The notes beneath the pieces are model-generated. The model was not told the DNA's origin. It saw only the letters and a list, made by a program, of their open reading frames with translations, and made no database searches. Positions 16,981 to 26,710 of a stretch of 32,080 nt of DNA are shown here, one piece after another. Within the stretch, counting starts at the first letter, position 1, and every line of letters starts with the position of its first letter. Both the position numbers and the translations under genes were made by a program. This DNA is from a virus, in IMG/VR virus record IMGVR_UViG_3300030108_003561, positions 1 to 32,080 of that record; one strand, written 5' to 3'.

Positions 16981-19955
16981 TATCCTACTTCCCTTGCTAT
17001 AATTTTTATTTGACCCATAGACCTAGTTATTGAAACAATCATGTAATAATTATTCCAATCACTTCCAAATGGCTCTACCACCATATCGTCAAATTTAACG
17101 ATGTCCCCAACTTCTAATAAATAAGCTTTTTGGATATTTACAATATCGCATTCTATTATTTTTTTTATGTCTCCATTTATTTGGCTATAATAAGAAAAGA
17201 AATCATCTTGTTTATCTGTAGCTATTGAAGTGGCTGGAGCTGGAAACAATGCATCTAAATTAATTGTTGGAATATTTTCAGCACTTTTAATATTATATTT
17301 TTTTCTAGGCTCGGCATTTATTGAAGTTGTTTCATTTATATAAGTTCCTCTTGCTGGATGTTTAAATGTATTGATCTTCGCTTTTGTTAAAATATCTTTT
17401 ATTGAGGTGGTGCTGATATTTATTGAAGAAATATCCTGTTTTTTTAATGTTGCGTTTACATCTTCGGCCCTAAAAGCATTATTTGTGCCAGTTCCATGAA
17501 CCCAAACATATTTACTTTTTCCGCTGCTTGGGCTTATATAATGAATAAATCCGAATTCATATTGAAGTTTTTCAAGCAAATCAAATAATGCAATTTCCTC
17601 ATTTAGCCAATATTTAATAAACCACGCAGTTCTGTCACTATCTAAATCAGACCAATTAATAGGCTCAATTGTAGGCATTCCAGCAAATCTGATTAATAAA
17701 TCTCTATGAGCATCATGACCCTCATCAATTAAATCATCGTCCCAGCTTGCATTAAATCCATCTGCACCACTATATAATTTTTCAACATCTTTAATTCTGC
17801 TCATTCCTTCAGCAGTAGAATTAAAATTTCTTACTCTTAAAGTCGTTTTAAATCTTACATCATATACTTTTAATGTTCCTTTTAATGTAATTAATGTTCC
17901 TCCTGATGCGTCGCCAGGCCTTGTTGCACTTCTTTTAAATCTAAGCCAAAATCCGTCTTCATATTGGCCTGAACTATTTGCATATAATTCTAAATGAGGC
18001 AATAAATCATGCGTTACAGTTTGCTCAGATACATTTGATTCTGTAGATGAGCTAACAGCAGTTACAACATTGTGATTAAATATTTCGGCTCCATCAGAAA
18101 TTGAATCAGATGATGTTGGATTTGAGCTTCCCCCGTATCTGCTATTATCAAGAATAGTAAATGAATTTGTTGCGTGGTTGCCACTATAATTTCTTGTTGC
18201 GTAAAAATCATCAACAAGGAATCGAATTTGCAATTCTAAACCATTTTTTTGACTTGATGAAAAGCTATCAAATTGGTCATCAAATGCGGGAATATCATAT
18301 TGAGCATCAATTCTAAAATCCGCAGGTGAATCTTCTGATTTTGTAAAATCTGCAAGTGCAAATGTTGAAGGAGTGCTAGTGCTAGATTCATCTGTTATTC
18401 CGTCAAAAGCATTAAAAATTTGATTAGTATTATCCCAAGCACTTGACCTTATTGGAACATCTATAGCTTTAAATTTAAAATGTCTTTTTAAATCCCATTT
18501 TGTTTTAACAATATATCCGTCCCCATAAGATTCTGCATCATTCAAATCTGCAAGTGGCAAAAAAGCGTCAATTGATTCTTCATAGTAGTGCAATGTTGTA
18601 TCTGTTGAGCCTATATCTTTATGGAATAAACATTTATAAGAAAATCCCCATGAGTCGACTTGAACTGGCCAAACTTGCCTTTTAAAACCTTCAGCATAAT
18701 TTTCACTTCCAAATGAGCTAGAATTTTTAACAAAATTTCCATATGCAATTGGAAAAAGGCGGCCATTTGGAGATTTTACGCTAGGTACTGTTATATTATC
18801 CCACGGTGATTTACTCACAATTGATATTTTAATGCTATTATCATCATGCGAAATATTTGTTAATCTGCCATGATATAACTGCAAGCAATCATCAATATTA
18901 TTTACCGAGTTTAATTGAGAAAATATTCTTATTGTTCTGTTAAAATAATTATTAGAACCTAAAAAAATCTCTTTTGATAAATCAGAGCCTTGATATTTTG
19001 CGTTAATTATTTTTAAAGAAATATTACTTGTTTTAGCTCTTGATTTGAGTAGATCAACAGAATGTCTTATTGATGCAGATGATTTTATAACTCCATGATA
19101 AAAGATTTCATCAATTGTTTCATCTCTATAAGACAAAGGTAAAAATCCAGCATATTTTGCTCCATTTATTGTTCCTGTTGATATATTTCCAGTTAAATCT
19201 TGAGCAAAATTTTCTCCGTTATTCAATTCCCAGTAAGCTTTTAGATTAGACGATTGATTGTAATTTCCTGAATCTTCTTCGACTGATAAAAAATCTCCGC
19301 TGTTATAAATTGCTGTTCTATTATTAGCATCTAATATTGCCCCCCAAATTGCAAAATATTTAATATAAAATTTTCCCCCATAGTTAGTAGCTGTAAAATC
19401 TTCTCTAGCAATATAAGCTTTTCCGTCGCTTACATAAGTTGGAGTTGTAACTGTTGCATTGCCATCATCAGAAATAGTTTCAGCTACATTGTTTATATAA
19501 ATATTTGTTCCTGATGTTGCTGTGGCAAAAGTGCTTGTAATTATTACATGATACCAAGTATTTGCTGATAATGCAGTGCTACCTATCATTGTTTTTCTAT
19601 CATGCTGAGTTGCACCTGAATCATCTCCCCAATTCAAAGCAATTTTATCCTCAGGATTTTTTTCAATCCAATAGCCTGAGTAAGTTGCCGTTGAATTAGA
19701 TGCAAATATAATTTCTCTATTTCCAATATCAGGAAAATTAATCCAAAAGGCAGCCGTTAATCCAGTTCCCCCTGATTCGCTAGTGCCTTTTACATTTATG
19801 CTAGATGATGCCGTTGTTGTTCCAAAATCAATATAATCATCTGTTCCATCAAATATTAAATATGAATCTTGATTAAAAAACTGAAAAAGCCAATTTTCTT
19901 TTACATTTCCTAGATAAGAAGCCCCGCTATAATTTGCAGATTGGTTTAAGCTCAT
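16980..19955 (-). CDS. Large tail protein with an N-terminal LamG/ConA-like lectin-fold domain
   Basis: 991 aa immediately after the tape measure. The N-terminal pattern LIFDGTDDYIDFG...TAAFWINFPD...IIFAS...WYHVIITS...IYINN is typical of Laminin_G_3-type domains. Confidence 0.6.
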   Translation of the reverse strand: MSLNQSANYSGASYLGNVKENWLFQFFNQDSYLIFDGTDDYIDFGTTTASSSINVKGTSESGGTGLTAAFWINFPDIGNREIIFASNSTATYSGYWIEKNPEDKIALNWGDDSGATQHDRKTMIGSTALSANTWYHVIITSTFATATSGTNIYINNVAETISDDGNATVTTPTYVSDGKAYIAREDFTATNYGGKFYIKYFAIWGAILDANNRTAIYNSGDFLSVEEDSGNYNQSSNLKAYWELNNGENFAQDLTGNISTGTINGAKYAGFLPLSYRDETIDEIFYHGVIKSSASIRHSVDLLKSRAKTSNISLKIINAKYQGSDLSKEIFLGSNNYFNRTIRIFSQLNSVNNIDDCLQLYHGRLTNISHDDNSIKISIVSKSPWDNITVPSVKSPNGRLFPIAYGNFVKNSSSFGSENYAEGFKRQVWPVQVDSWGFSYKCLFHKDIGSTDTTLHYYEESIDAFLPLADLNDAESYGDGYIVKTKWDLKRHFKFKAIDVPIRSSAWDNTNQIFNAFDGITDESSTSTPSTFALADFTKSEDSPADFRIDAQYDIPAFDDQFDSFSSSQKNGLELQIRFLVDDFYATRNYSGNHATNSFTILDNSRYGGSSNPTSSDSISDGAEIFNHNVVTAVSSSTESNVSEQTVTHDLLPHLELYANSSGQYEDGFWLRFKRSATRPGDASGGTLITLKGTLKVYDVRFKTTLRVRNFNSTAEGMSRIKDVEKLYSGADGFNASWDDDLIDEGHDAHRDLLIRFAGMPTIEPINWSDLDSDRTAWFIKYWLNEEIALFDLLEKLQYEFGFIHYISPSSGKSKYVWVHGTGTNNAFRAEDVNATLKKQDISSINISTTSIKDILTKAKINTFKHPARGTYINETTSINAEPRKKYNIKSAENIPTINLDALFPAPATSIATDKQDDFFSYYSQINGDIKKIIECDIVNIQKAYLLEVGDIVKFDDMVVEPFGSDWNNYYMIVSITRSMGQIKIIAREVG

Positions 19956-21589
19956 GCAAGCGTCCTTGCTTTTTCTATCTCAGGAACAAGAATATCTCTA
20001 ACAAAAGATTCTTCTCCAATTAGATTTCCTTGAATATTAACATTAACGCTTCCCATATTTCCGACTAGGTTTTCTTGCTGGGCTTTATTTAAAATTAATT
20101 CGCCAGGCGTAAGCATTGCTGGAACAGTATCTTGATTCCCAACTCCACCAACAATTCCTCCTTCAGCAAATGCTGGTACATATTTATCAAATAATGAGCT
20201 AATTGCAACGGCTACAGCGGTTCCAGTTACCACTCCAGCAAGGCCTTTTGTAGTTACTTCTTTTGCTATGGCTCCAGCTATTGCTTGAGAAAGCCTTCCT
20301 TTTATTTCATTTCTTATTCCTGAAAGAGTGGTTTGAAAGGTCATATTTTCTAAATCAAAACCTTTTTTCTTTTCTGCATTAACTAAACCTAATGCTCTTG
20401 CTTGCTCAGGATATAATTCAATGAATTTTTTAATATTTTCTTCTTCCGCTCTTAATAGATCAAGTTTATTTAATTGGTCTAATTTAAAAGTTTTAAAGCT
20501 CATTTTTTCTTGCAATGCATCTTTTTCCTTAAATTTTCTTAATGTATTAACTGCCATTTTTAAATCAAGATATTTAATAACTTGGTCTCCAAGAATCCCT
20601 CTTAATTCAGACCCTTTTTCAATACCTAGCTTAAATAATTCCATTTGAAGGTCAGAAGCTCCTTCTAGTTCCATCTTTTGCAATTCTAATGCTTTGATTT
20701 GGTCTTCATAGGTATTCACCACTTTTTCATTTGCAGTATTTAAAAGCTTTTGATTTTCTTCTTGAAATTTTATTTGCTCTGCTACAGATTTTGCATTCTC
20801 AGCTAAAATTGCTTGAGAATCAGAAAACTCCATTGTTGAATCCGATGCCTCTTCTTGCCCAACAATTAAATCAGCAAGTTTTTTTGCTCCGTCAACTAAA
20901 GCATTTGATAAAAAAGAAACTGCATTCGCTGTATGAATAACTGCTGGGCCTAATAATTCTCCCAAAGCTTCCCCAGCATCAAAAACTGCATTCTTTGTTT
21001 GCTCTAATTTACCAGCCAAAGAATCAGCATTGGCAACTGCTTGACCGCCCATCAGCTCAGATATAACTTTTAATGCTCCACCAGCTTGAAGCTCTTCTTT
21101 TGTTAGCTCTTTTAACTGAGGTATTAATTCTCCTAACTCACCTTGCAATCCGCTAAATGTTTTTGCAACATTTCTAACTGCTGAATCTAATTCCATTCCT
21201 GTAGCAGATGATAAATCCAAAGCAAGCGGAATTATTTCTTTTATCTGTTCTTGCGTGAAATCAAGGGATGCTAAAAAAGCTTGCTGAGATATAATAACTT
21301 CATCTCCAAAAACAGTTAATCTTTGAAGAGCAGTTGCTTGCTCTAATAAAGCATCAGTATTTGAACCTAAAGCAACGGCCAATCTTTTTTCAGCTAATTC
21401 TTGTTCAGCAGCCAAAATCGTTACTTGCTGGATTCCATTTATTATTCCCCTAGCTGTAAAAAATACTGCTCCAGCTTTTAATGCAGAAGTTCCTAAGCTT
21501 GTAAAAGATTTTTCAACTTTATCAACTTTTGCTTTTGATTCTTTATCACCAACGATTCCAAGCTTGATTAATAATTGTTTAACGGCCAT
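19952..21589 (-). CDS. Tail tape measure protein
   Basis: 545 aa, largely alpha-helical and A/L/E/K-rich, with a TP901-type core look (ALKAGAVFFTARGIINGI...). It has a glycine-rich C-terminus and follows the G/GT chaperone pair. Confidence 0.8.
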   Translation of the reverse strand: MAVKQLLIKLGIVGDKESKAKVDKVEKSFTSLGTSALKAGAVFFTARGIINGIQQVTILAAEQELAEKRLAVALGSNTDALLEQATALQRLTVFGDEVIISQQAFLASLDFTQEQIKEIIPLALDLSSATGMELDSAVRNVAKTFSGLQGELGELIPQLKELTKEELQAGGALKVISELMGGQAVANADSLAGKLEQTKNAVFDAGEALGELLGPAVIHTANAVSFLSNALVDGAKKLADLIVGQEEASDSTMEFSDSQAILAENAKSVAEQIKFQEENQKLLNTANEKVVNTYEDQIKALELQKMELEGASDLQMELFKLGIEKGSELRGILGDQVIKYLDLKMAVNTLRKFKEKDALQEKMSFKTFKLDQLNKLDLLRAEEENIKKFIELYPEQARALGLVNAEKKKGFDLENMTFQTTLSGIRNEIKGRLSQAIAGAIAKEVTTKGLAGVVTGTAVAVAISSLFDKYVPAFAEGGIVGGVGNQDTVPAMLTPGELILNKAQQENLVGNMGSVNVNIQGNLIGEESFVRDILVPEIEKARTLA

Positions 21590-21977
21590 TTTGCTCTACC
21601 TTATATTTTTCAATTTCTTTCAACTCTTTTTCAATAATATTAAAACAATCCATTTTCCAGGCGTTCACTGATTCAAGATTTTCAGCAATTGGAACATTAT
21701 AATTTTTTACTAAGTGATATTCTTCAATAATATCATAACACCAACTTGAAATAATTGAGGCGGGATTGCAAAAAAACGGTAGCTGAAAAAATAAACTTTT
21801 TCCAATTTCAAAATTTTTTTCGCTTGATTCATCAATTATTCTTTCAATTTCCTCGTAAATGTCTTTCTCAGTTTTATATTTCATCTTCCTAAAAAGAGTT
21901 GGCGACTGAGCGGTATATGGGAGGAGTAGACCATTATCGACGTTTCCAAAAATGGAAAACCAAAGTGCAATCCTCAA
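21579..21977 (-). CDS. Tail assembly chaperone T segment (expressed as a G-T fusion by -1 frameshift)
   Basis: The ORF is in the -1 frame relative to the upstream G ORF. It has no ATG at its 5' end, only TTG. The frame is open back to the slippery heptamer. Confidence 0.65.
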   Translation of the reverse strand: MRIALWFSIFGNVDNGLLLPYTAQSPTLFRKMKYKTEKDIYEEIERIIDESSEKNFEIGKSLFFQLPFFCNPASIISSWCYDIIEEYHLVKNYNVPIAENLESVNAWKMDCFNIIEKELKEIEKYKVEQNGR

Positions 21978-22249
21978 TCGCCAAGTTCTTTTCCCAGTTC
22001 TAGGCCCATATAAGACGCAATGATTTCATTTAGAACTTCATCTTCTTGAACAACAGTAAGATTTTTTAACTGCTCTTCAATATTCTTTTCATCTCCAAAA
22101 GCAATTAAAGCAAATTCATCAGCTAAATCATGCAATTGTGATAAATCATCAGAGCGGTAAACCACTTTGATTTTTTTAAATAGCTTTCTTCTTTCTGCTC
22201 TTGTTATTTCATTACATGCAAATTGACCATGTTTTGTATCAACTATCAT
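21974..22249 (-). CDS. Tail assembly chaperone G
   Basis: 91 aa and acidic, between the major tail gene and the tape measure. It contains the slippery site near its 3' end. Confidence 0.7.
   Translation of the reverse strand: MIVDTKHGQFACNEITRAERRKLFKKIKVVYRSDDLSQLHDLADEFALIAFGDEKNIEEQLKNLTVVQEDEVLNEIIASYMGLELGKELGD
21989..21995 (-). promoter_or_regulatory. -1 programmed ribosomal frameshift slippery heptamer G_GGA_AAA
   Basis: Minus-strand ...GAA CTG GGA AAA GAA CTT GGC GAT TGA places the X_XXY_YYZ heptamer in the correct zero-frame phase, 5 codons before the G stop. The -1 frame continues GGG AAA AGA ACT TGG CGA TTG AGG ATT... with no stop into 21579-21977. Confidence 0.6.
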
Positions 22250-22271
22250 TTTTACTCCTCTTTTTTACTAA

Positions 22272-23366
22272 TTAGAAAGCATCAGGTGCCTGATTCTTAA
22301 ATGTGGAAATTTTTAACGCTTCCGTTGAACCATTTTGAACACATTCAAATTCAAAACTATGAAAAACTCCGCTTTCACTTAAATCCTGACTTGGGTCGCC
22401 AGTATATTGAATTTCTGCTAAAATATTTAGTTCACCTTCTGCATCTAAAGAACCACCTGATATTCCATCATTACCAATTTTAATTGCAAGGCTCAATGTA
22501 TCACCATCAAGAAAATCTTGAATTGGATTTTTTGTGGCACCGTAATCAAATGCATCATCATATTTAATGACCATATTCCCAGTTATAACATACTCAGGAA
22601 AGACATAAAGCTCTGCATTGCCATTTGTATCAAAACCAACTCTATTTGCTCCATTTGCAATATTAAATGAAAATGATTTCATTATAAAAGTGCTTGAGGT
22701 TTGGTCATCAACATCTAATGTTCTTGTTTGAGCATCCATGACATTAAAATATACAGATTCAGGAGATGTCCAATTTGCGATTGTAAAGTCTTCTTCTAAT
22801 TTTGAAGAAGTAGAAACAGGATTGCTAAATCCACTAAAATAATTACCGCTTATTGATACAAGGCCATTATTAGCACCTACATCACCAGCAATCGTTAAAT
22901 CAGAACATATTACACCGCAAACCTTAATGCCTTCACTTGCACTTGGATAATAAGCTAAATTGGCACTATGAGGCATTCCACTTGAAATTGCACCGCCAAT
23001 AGAATTACTGTTGCTTGAACCATCAAATTCAGTTTCATGCACTCCCGCTGAATAGCCACTTTCTTGGCCAACTAATAATAAATGCTGGGCCATTGTTCTA
23101 GGCGTAGCAATCATATCAAAAGGCATAGTCACGGTTCCGCCTCTTAAATTAGTAATTGTATCAGCAGCGTTTTTCACAGTTCCTCTTCCGCTTAATAATC
23201 TTGATTCTCTAAGAATATTAAATGTAGGTTTTTCTGCTTGAACTACTGGTTGTTGAAAATATGCGGTTCCATCAGCACCGCTTGAATCTAAAGCAACCCC
23301 GAAGTTTGTTTCTGCTTTTAAGCCATATTTAACACCACTTACAGGGAGCACACGAGTATCTGCCAT
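22272..23366 (-). CDS. Major tail (tube) protein (putative)
   Basis: 364 aa, immediately upstream of the chaperone pair and tape measure. The call is by synteny. Confidence 0.5.
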   Translation of the reverse strand: MADTRVLPVSGVKYGLKAETNFGVALDSSGADGTAYFQQPVVQAEKPTFNILRESRLLSGRGTVKNAADTITNLRGGTVTMPFDMIATPRTMAQHLLLVGQESGYSAGVHETEFDGSSNSNSIGGAISSGMPHSANLAYYPSASEGIKVCGVICSDLTIAGDVGANNGLVSISGNYFSGFSNPVSTSSKLEEDFTIANWTSPESVYFNVMDAQTRTLDVDDQTSSTFIMKSFSFNIANGANRVGFDTNGNAELYVFPEYVITGNMVIKYDDAFDYGATKNPIQDFLDGDTLSLAIKIGNDGISGGSLDAEGELNILAEIQYTGDPSQDLSESGVFHSFEFECVQNGSTEALKISTFKNQAPDAF

Positions 23367-23557
23367 TATTTACTCTCCTTTTTTTTCTTTTTTGATTTAA
23401 TTGGCTCAACAAACCCCATATTTAGCAGTTCGCTGGCTACTTCTTCGGTTAATTCTACGGCCTCACCATCCCGAAGTTTATTTAGTGAAACCTTATCACA
23501 TTTTACCCCATTAGGGTTGATTCTGTGAAAACTATTTTTATTGATCTTTATTTTCAT
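23366..23557 (-). CDS. Hypothetical protein
   Basis: 63-aa ORF with a single-base overlap to the major tail gene. Confidence 0.55.
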   Translation of the reverse strand: MKIKINKNSFHRINPNGVKCDKVSLNKLRDGEAVELTEEVASELLNMGFVEPIKSKKKKKESK

Positions 23558-23980
23558 TTAGAAAACCTCTATGTTTTGACAATTAAAAATTGCGTTTGCT
23601 TTAAGCATTGATGCGTCTTCTTCATCTCTTTCATATTCAATTGAATCGATTTTTCCGTCAAAATATTCTCCGCCACTATTAGATGTTGGATTATTATTTA
23701 TGAGCCTTTTTAATCTTTCCATGATTGAGCTGATTTGCTTAATACTATCTTTATTATAATTACCAGCCACTTTTAATTCATAAGAAATATTTATATTGTA
23801 CTCTCTTTGCATTCCATATGAAAGCTGGCTAACAAATTCATCAGATTGAATTGATAAAAGAAAAGAATTAGAACCTCTATGTTTATCATAATAAAGTGGT
23901 ACTTTAAACTCATTATTTAAAAGCAATGCTAAAGGTTCTAAAATTTTGTTAAATAATATATTTGAAAAATCTGTAGGCAT
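23558..23980 (-). CDS. Head-tail connector / tail completion-like protein (tentative)
   Basis: 140 aa, with position and size typical of neck or tail-terminator proteins. No firm motif. Confidence 0.4.
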   Translation of the reverse strand: MPTDFSNILFNKILEPLALLLNNEFKVPLYYDKHRGSNSFLLSIQSDEFVSQLSYGMQREYNINISYELKVAGNYNKDSIKQISSIMERLKRLINNNPTSNSGGEYFDGKIDSIEYERDEEDASMLKANAIFNCQNIEVF

Positions 23981-24969
23981 TATTTTCTAGTCATCTGTAC
24001 TCTTTTAATAGGCGTGAACATTTGGTCAGTTACCCCGCTTACCTCTAACTCAAATTCATCATTTAAAGTATATAGCCCTGGCGAAAATCTGCAATACATG
24101 GAATGGCCAACCAACTGCCAATAACAATCTATTATTTCATCTATTGCCATCGCTTGAAGTTTTAAGCCATTTTCATTTCCTATAAATGAGCTAAATTTTA
24201 CTGTTTCATTTGCAACGCCTTCGCTTATTGTTCCCCCAGCAGTAATAATAATCTTGATTACATCCCATGAATAAGATGGCGTTCCTTTTACATCTACAAT
24301 TCCTCCTGTAGAATTAGCGTTTTGAGAAACAATTCTGAGAATCCCTCTTTTTTTATATTCGCTTTCACTTGAATACAAATGTACTTGCCCAGTTCTTAGC
24401 ATATCTAAAAAGCCAGTTCCCTGTTCATTGATTGCCTGATTTCTTATTAAATCTGCTTTTTCAGAATCATAAGGCCTGACAAGAGATTCAACGGCCATGA
24501 TTGCACAGCTCCTTACAATTATTTCAGGGTAATTACGCTCGGTGCTGTCTTGAGTTCCGACTCCTTTATTTGGGTAGATTGGAAACGGTAAGTATCCTCG
24601 AATAAAATCACTAGCCCTTTTTACAGCATCTGTTTTTAATGTGGCCCAATCAGATGAAGATTCAACAAGACTTGAATTAAGAGTTGATGCACTTCCACCG
24701 CTTTGATATAATTCCAAAAGGTCGCTTGCAGCTGTATATCTATATTCATTGTTTGAACTAGGTTGACTTGTTGTTGAGGTCATTTCCTGACCATCTAAAT
24801 AAAGCTGGCCACTTACATCACCGCTATTATATAGATAAAATAAATGACTTACCCCTGAGGCCACAAAGTTACTCGGCAATACTCTCTTTCCATCATATTG
24901 AGCTAGATAAGGTTCAATAAAAAGTAAATCTGTAGTGGTATTGCAATAAACTTGTTCAAATGTGCTCAT
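23980..24969 (-). CDS. Hypothetical structural protein (possible head-tail adaptor)
   Basis: 329 aa upstream of the neck and tail genes. The central DFIRGYLPFP...PEIIVRSCAIMAVESL is faintly like gp6-type connector proteins. Confidence 0.45.
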   Translation of the reverse strand: MSTFEQVYCNTTTDLLFIEPYLAQYDGKRVLPSNFVASGVSHLFYLYNSGDVSGQLYLDGQEMTSTTSQPSSNNEYRYTAASDLLELYQSGGSASTLNSSLVESSSDWATLKTDAVKRASDFIRGYLPFPIYPNKGVGTQDSTERNYPEIIVRSCAIMAVESLVRPYDSEKADLIRNQAINEQGTGFLDMLRTGQVHLYSSESEYKKRGILRIVSQNANSTGGIVDVKGTPSYSWDVIKIIITAGGTISEGVANETVKFSSFIGNENGLKLQAMAIDEIIDCYWQLVGHSMYCRFSPGLYTLNDEFELEVSGVTDQMFTPIKRVQMTRK

Positions 24970-26042
24970 TTTTTATACTTCTTCCTTTTAAATTTTAGAT
25001 ATTCCGCTCCTTCATAAGGATTAAAAAAAGTGGTGATTAATCTATTATCATTATCATCATATTGTGGGTCGATAACAGTAATCGGTGCATTAAAAATATT
25101 TTTATCATCTAATCCTAATTTATTTGCATATTCATCCATATTTTTAAATGATGCAACTTGAATCGCATGACTTATTAATCCTGATGCTGGGTCTTTTAAA
25201 ACTTGATATCCTGAAACATGAGTATGGCCAGCAGTTAAAATATGGTCTCGCCAGCCCATTTGAATTGCTTTGCTGATTCCATGAGCTGTATTCCACATCG
25301 AGTTCCCACGAAATTGATGCCTAGCTGATATTCTAACAGTTTTTCCATTTGGAAATCTGAGATTCATTCTTGCTCCATGTTGCTTATATAAAGTTTTTTT
25401 ATCACGCATAATAAAATCAAGCGGGTCACCGTCTCCGCTCCATACATCGTGATTTCCAGCAATTAAATATAACCATTCAACACTATTTAAGAAATGCTCT
25501 GATATTAGCCACGCTTCTTTTGCAGTTGTTGATTGCTGACCATGCAAATATGTAAGCCTTCCAACCCAATTATTTTGAACATCTCCGAGATTTCCAGCAA
25601 AAAGACCATCGGTTTCCCTGATTAGATCACAAAGAGAATATATTTCTGCAAGGTCTGTGCCATCATCATCTACATGAGGGTCGCCAAAATGACATATTCC
25701 TATAGGCCCGTTTTTATGAATATTTATATTTATTAATAGTCTATTTTTATAAGCATTATATTTTTGCTGATATCTTTTTTTTCTATATGAAATAATATCA
25801 TCAATATTCATTTCATCAATTGGAAGTTCTCCGATAGAAAATTCGTTTTTTTCTAATATAATCGGATTAAGAGTTTTAAATCCGCAACTTTTACATTGCC
25901 ATCTTTGCCTTTTTCGATTGTTCTTCCAATATTGAAAACCGTCTTTTTTTAAATCATCGGATTTACAGCTAGGGCAGCCTACAAGATTTCCCTCTAAGTC
26001 TTTTGCTGGCTTTTTTGTCATGCCATTAGGCTGTTTAGACAA
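24966..26042 (-). CDS. Zinc-ribbon + calcineurin-like metallophosphoesterase fusion protein
   Basis: The N-terminal CPSC-x23-CKSC ribbon is of the IS1 InsA / transposase-like type. The metallophosphoesterase motifs follow in order: ICHFGDPHVDDDG, GNLGDVQNNW, IAGNHDVW and TAGHTHVSG. The start is TTG, with AAGGA 7 nt upstream. Confidence 0.8.
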   Translation of the reverse strand: MSKQPNGMTKKPAKDLEGNLVGCPSCKSDDLKKDGFQYWKNNRKRQRWQCKSCGFKTLNPIILEKNEFSIGELPIDEMNIDDIISYRKKRYQQKYNAYKNRLLININIHKNGPIGICHFGDPHVDDDGTDLAEIYSLCDLIRETDGLFAGNLGDVQNNWVGRLTYLHGQQSTTAKEAWLISEHFLNSVEWLYLIAGNHDVWSGDGDPLDFIMRDKKTLYKQHGARMNLRFPNGKTVRISARHQFRGNSMWNTAHGISKAIQMGWRDHILTAGHTHVSGYQVLKDPASGLISHAIQVASFKNMDEYANKLGLDDKNIFNAPITVIDPQYDDNDNRLITTFFNPYEGAEYLKFKRKKYKK

Positions 26043-26480
26043 TTAAGAATCCTTTACAATTTCAAAATGACATAGGTCGTCAAATCCATTATCTGCGGTA
26101 GTTCTTACTTCTCTTCCCATCATTACATCTATATCAAGGCTTGGAGATGACCAATCACCGCCCCAGCGAATATTAACGCCCATCATTGCAGAAACTCCTA
26201 AAACAAACCCGCCAAGCATATGCCAGTCATCTCGATTTGACCAATCTATTTTGCGAGTTCGAAAATCATATGGTGCTATATCTACGGCCAACCCTTGACA
26301 ATGTTTCCCAAACTTAGTCTTTGATTTACCTTGTTTTACAAGTTTATTCTGTCTTTCTTGACTTCTTAATCCCTCTATCACAGTTATATCATAGTATTTT
26401 ACTACTTTTTGTAAAACTGCCACCAATCGAGGGTCAACGCCTTCTAGTCTCTTCATGCTTCTTCGACCAAGTTTGGGCAT
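26043..26480 (-). CDS. Endolysin, peptidase M15 (VanY / L-Ala-D-Glu peptidase type)
   Basis: EGLRSQERQNKLVKQGKS...GKHCQGLAVDI...DDLCHFEI gives the H-x-x-x-x-x-x-D ... H zinc-ligand pattern of M15 cell-wall peptidases. Confidence 0.85.
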   Translation of the reverse strand: MPKLGRRSMKRLEGVDPRLVAVLQKVVKYYDITVIEGLRSQERQNKLVKQGKSKTKFGKHCQGLAVDIAPYDFRTRKIDWSNRDDWHMLGGFVLGVSAMMGVNIRWGGDWSSPSLDIDVMMGREVRTTADNGFDDLCHFEIVKDS

Positions 26481-26482
26481 AA

Positions 26483-26710
26483 TTATTTACCTTTAAATAA
26501 TCCTTCAATTAAATCAGATAGTAGATCAACACAGCGTTCAAAGAACTCCTGTTCTTTACTTTCACTTACAAACGGTATATCTATCTTTTTATTAATCTTG
26601 CTTGCAAGCTCTTCCTGAAACTCATCAGATTGCACCCATTCTACAGCTTTTTGCTTAAATTGGTCTGCTTGAGATTCAGCTACTGCTAACATTATTTTTT
26701 TAAAATCCAT
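26483..26710 (-). CDS. Hypothetical acidic protein
   Basis: 75-aa ORF between a membrane protein gene and the endolysin. Confidence 0.6.
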   Translation of the reverse strand: MDFKKIMLAVAESQADQFKQKAVEWVQSDEFQEELASKINKKIDIPFVSESKEQEFFERCVDLLSDLIEGLFKGK

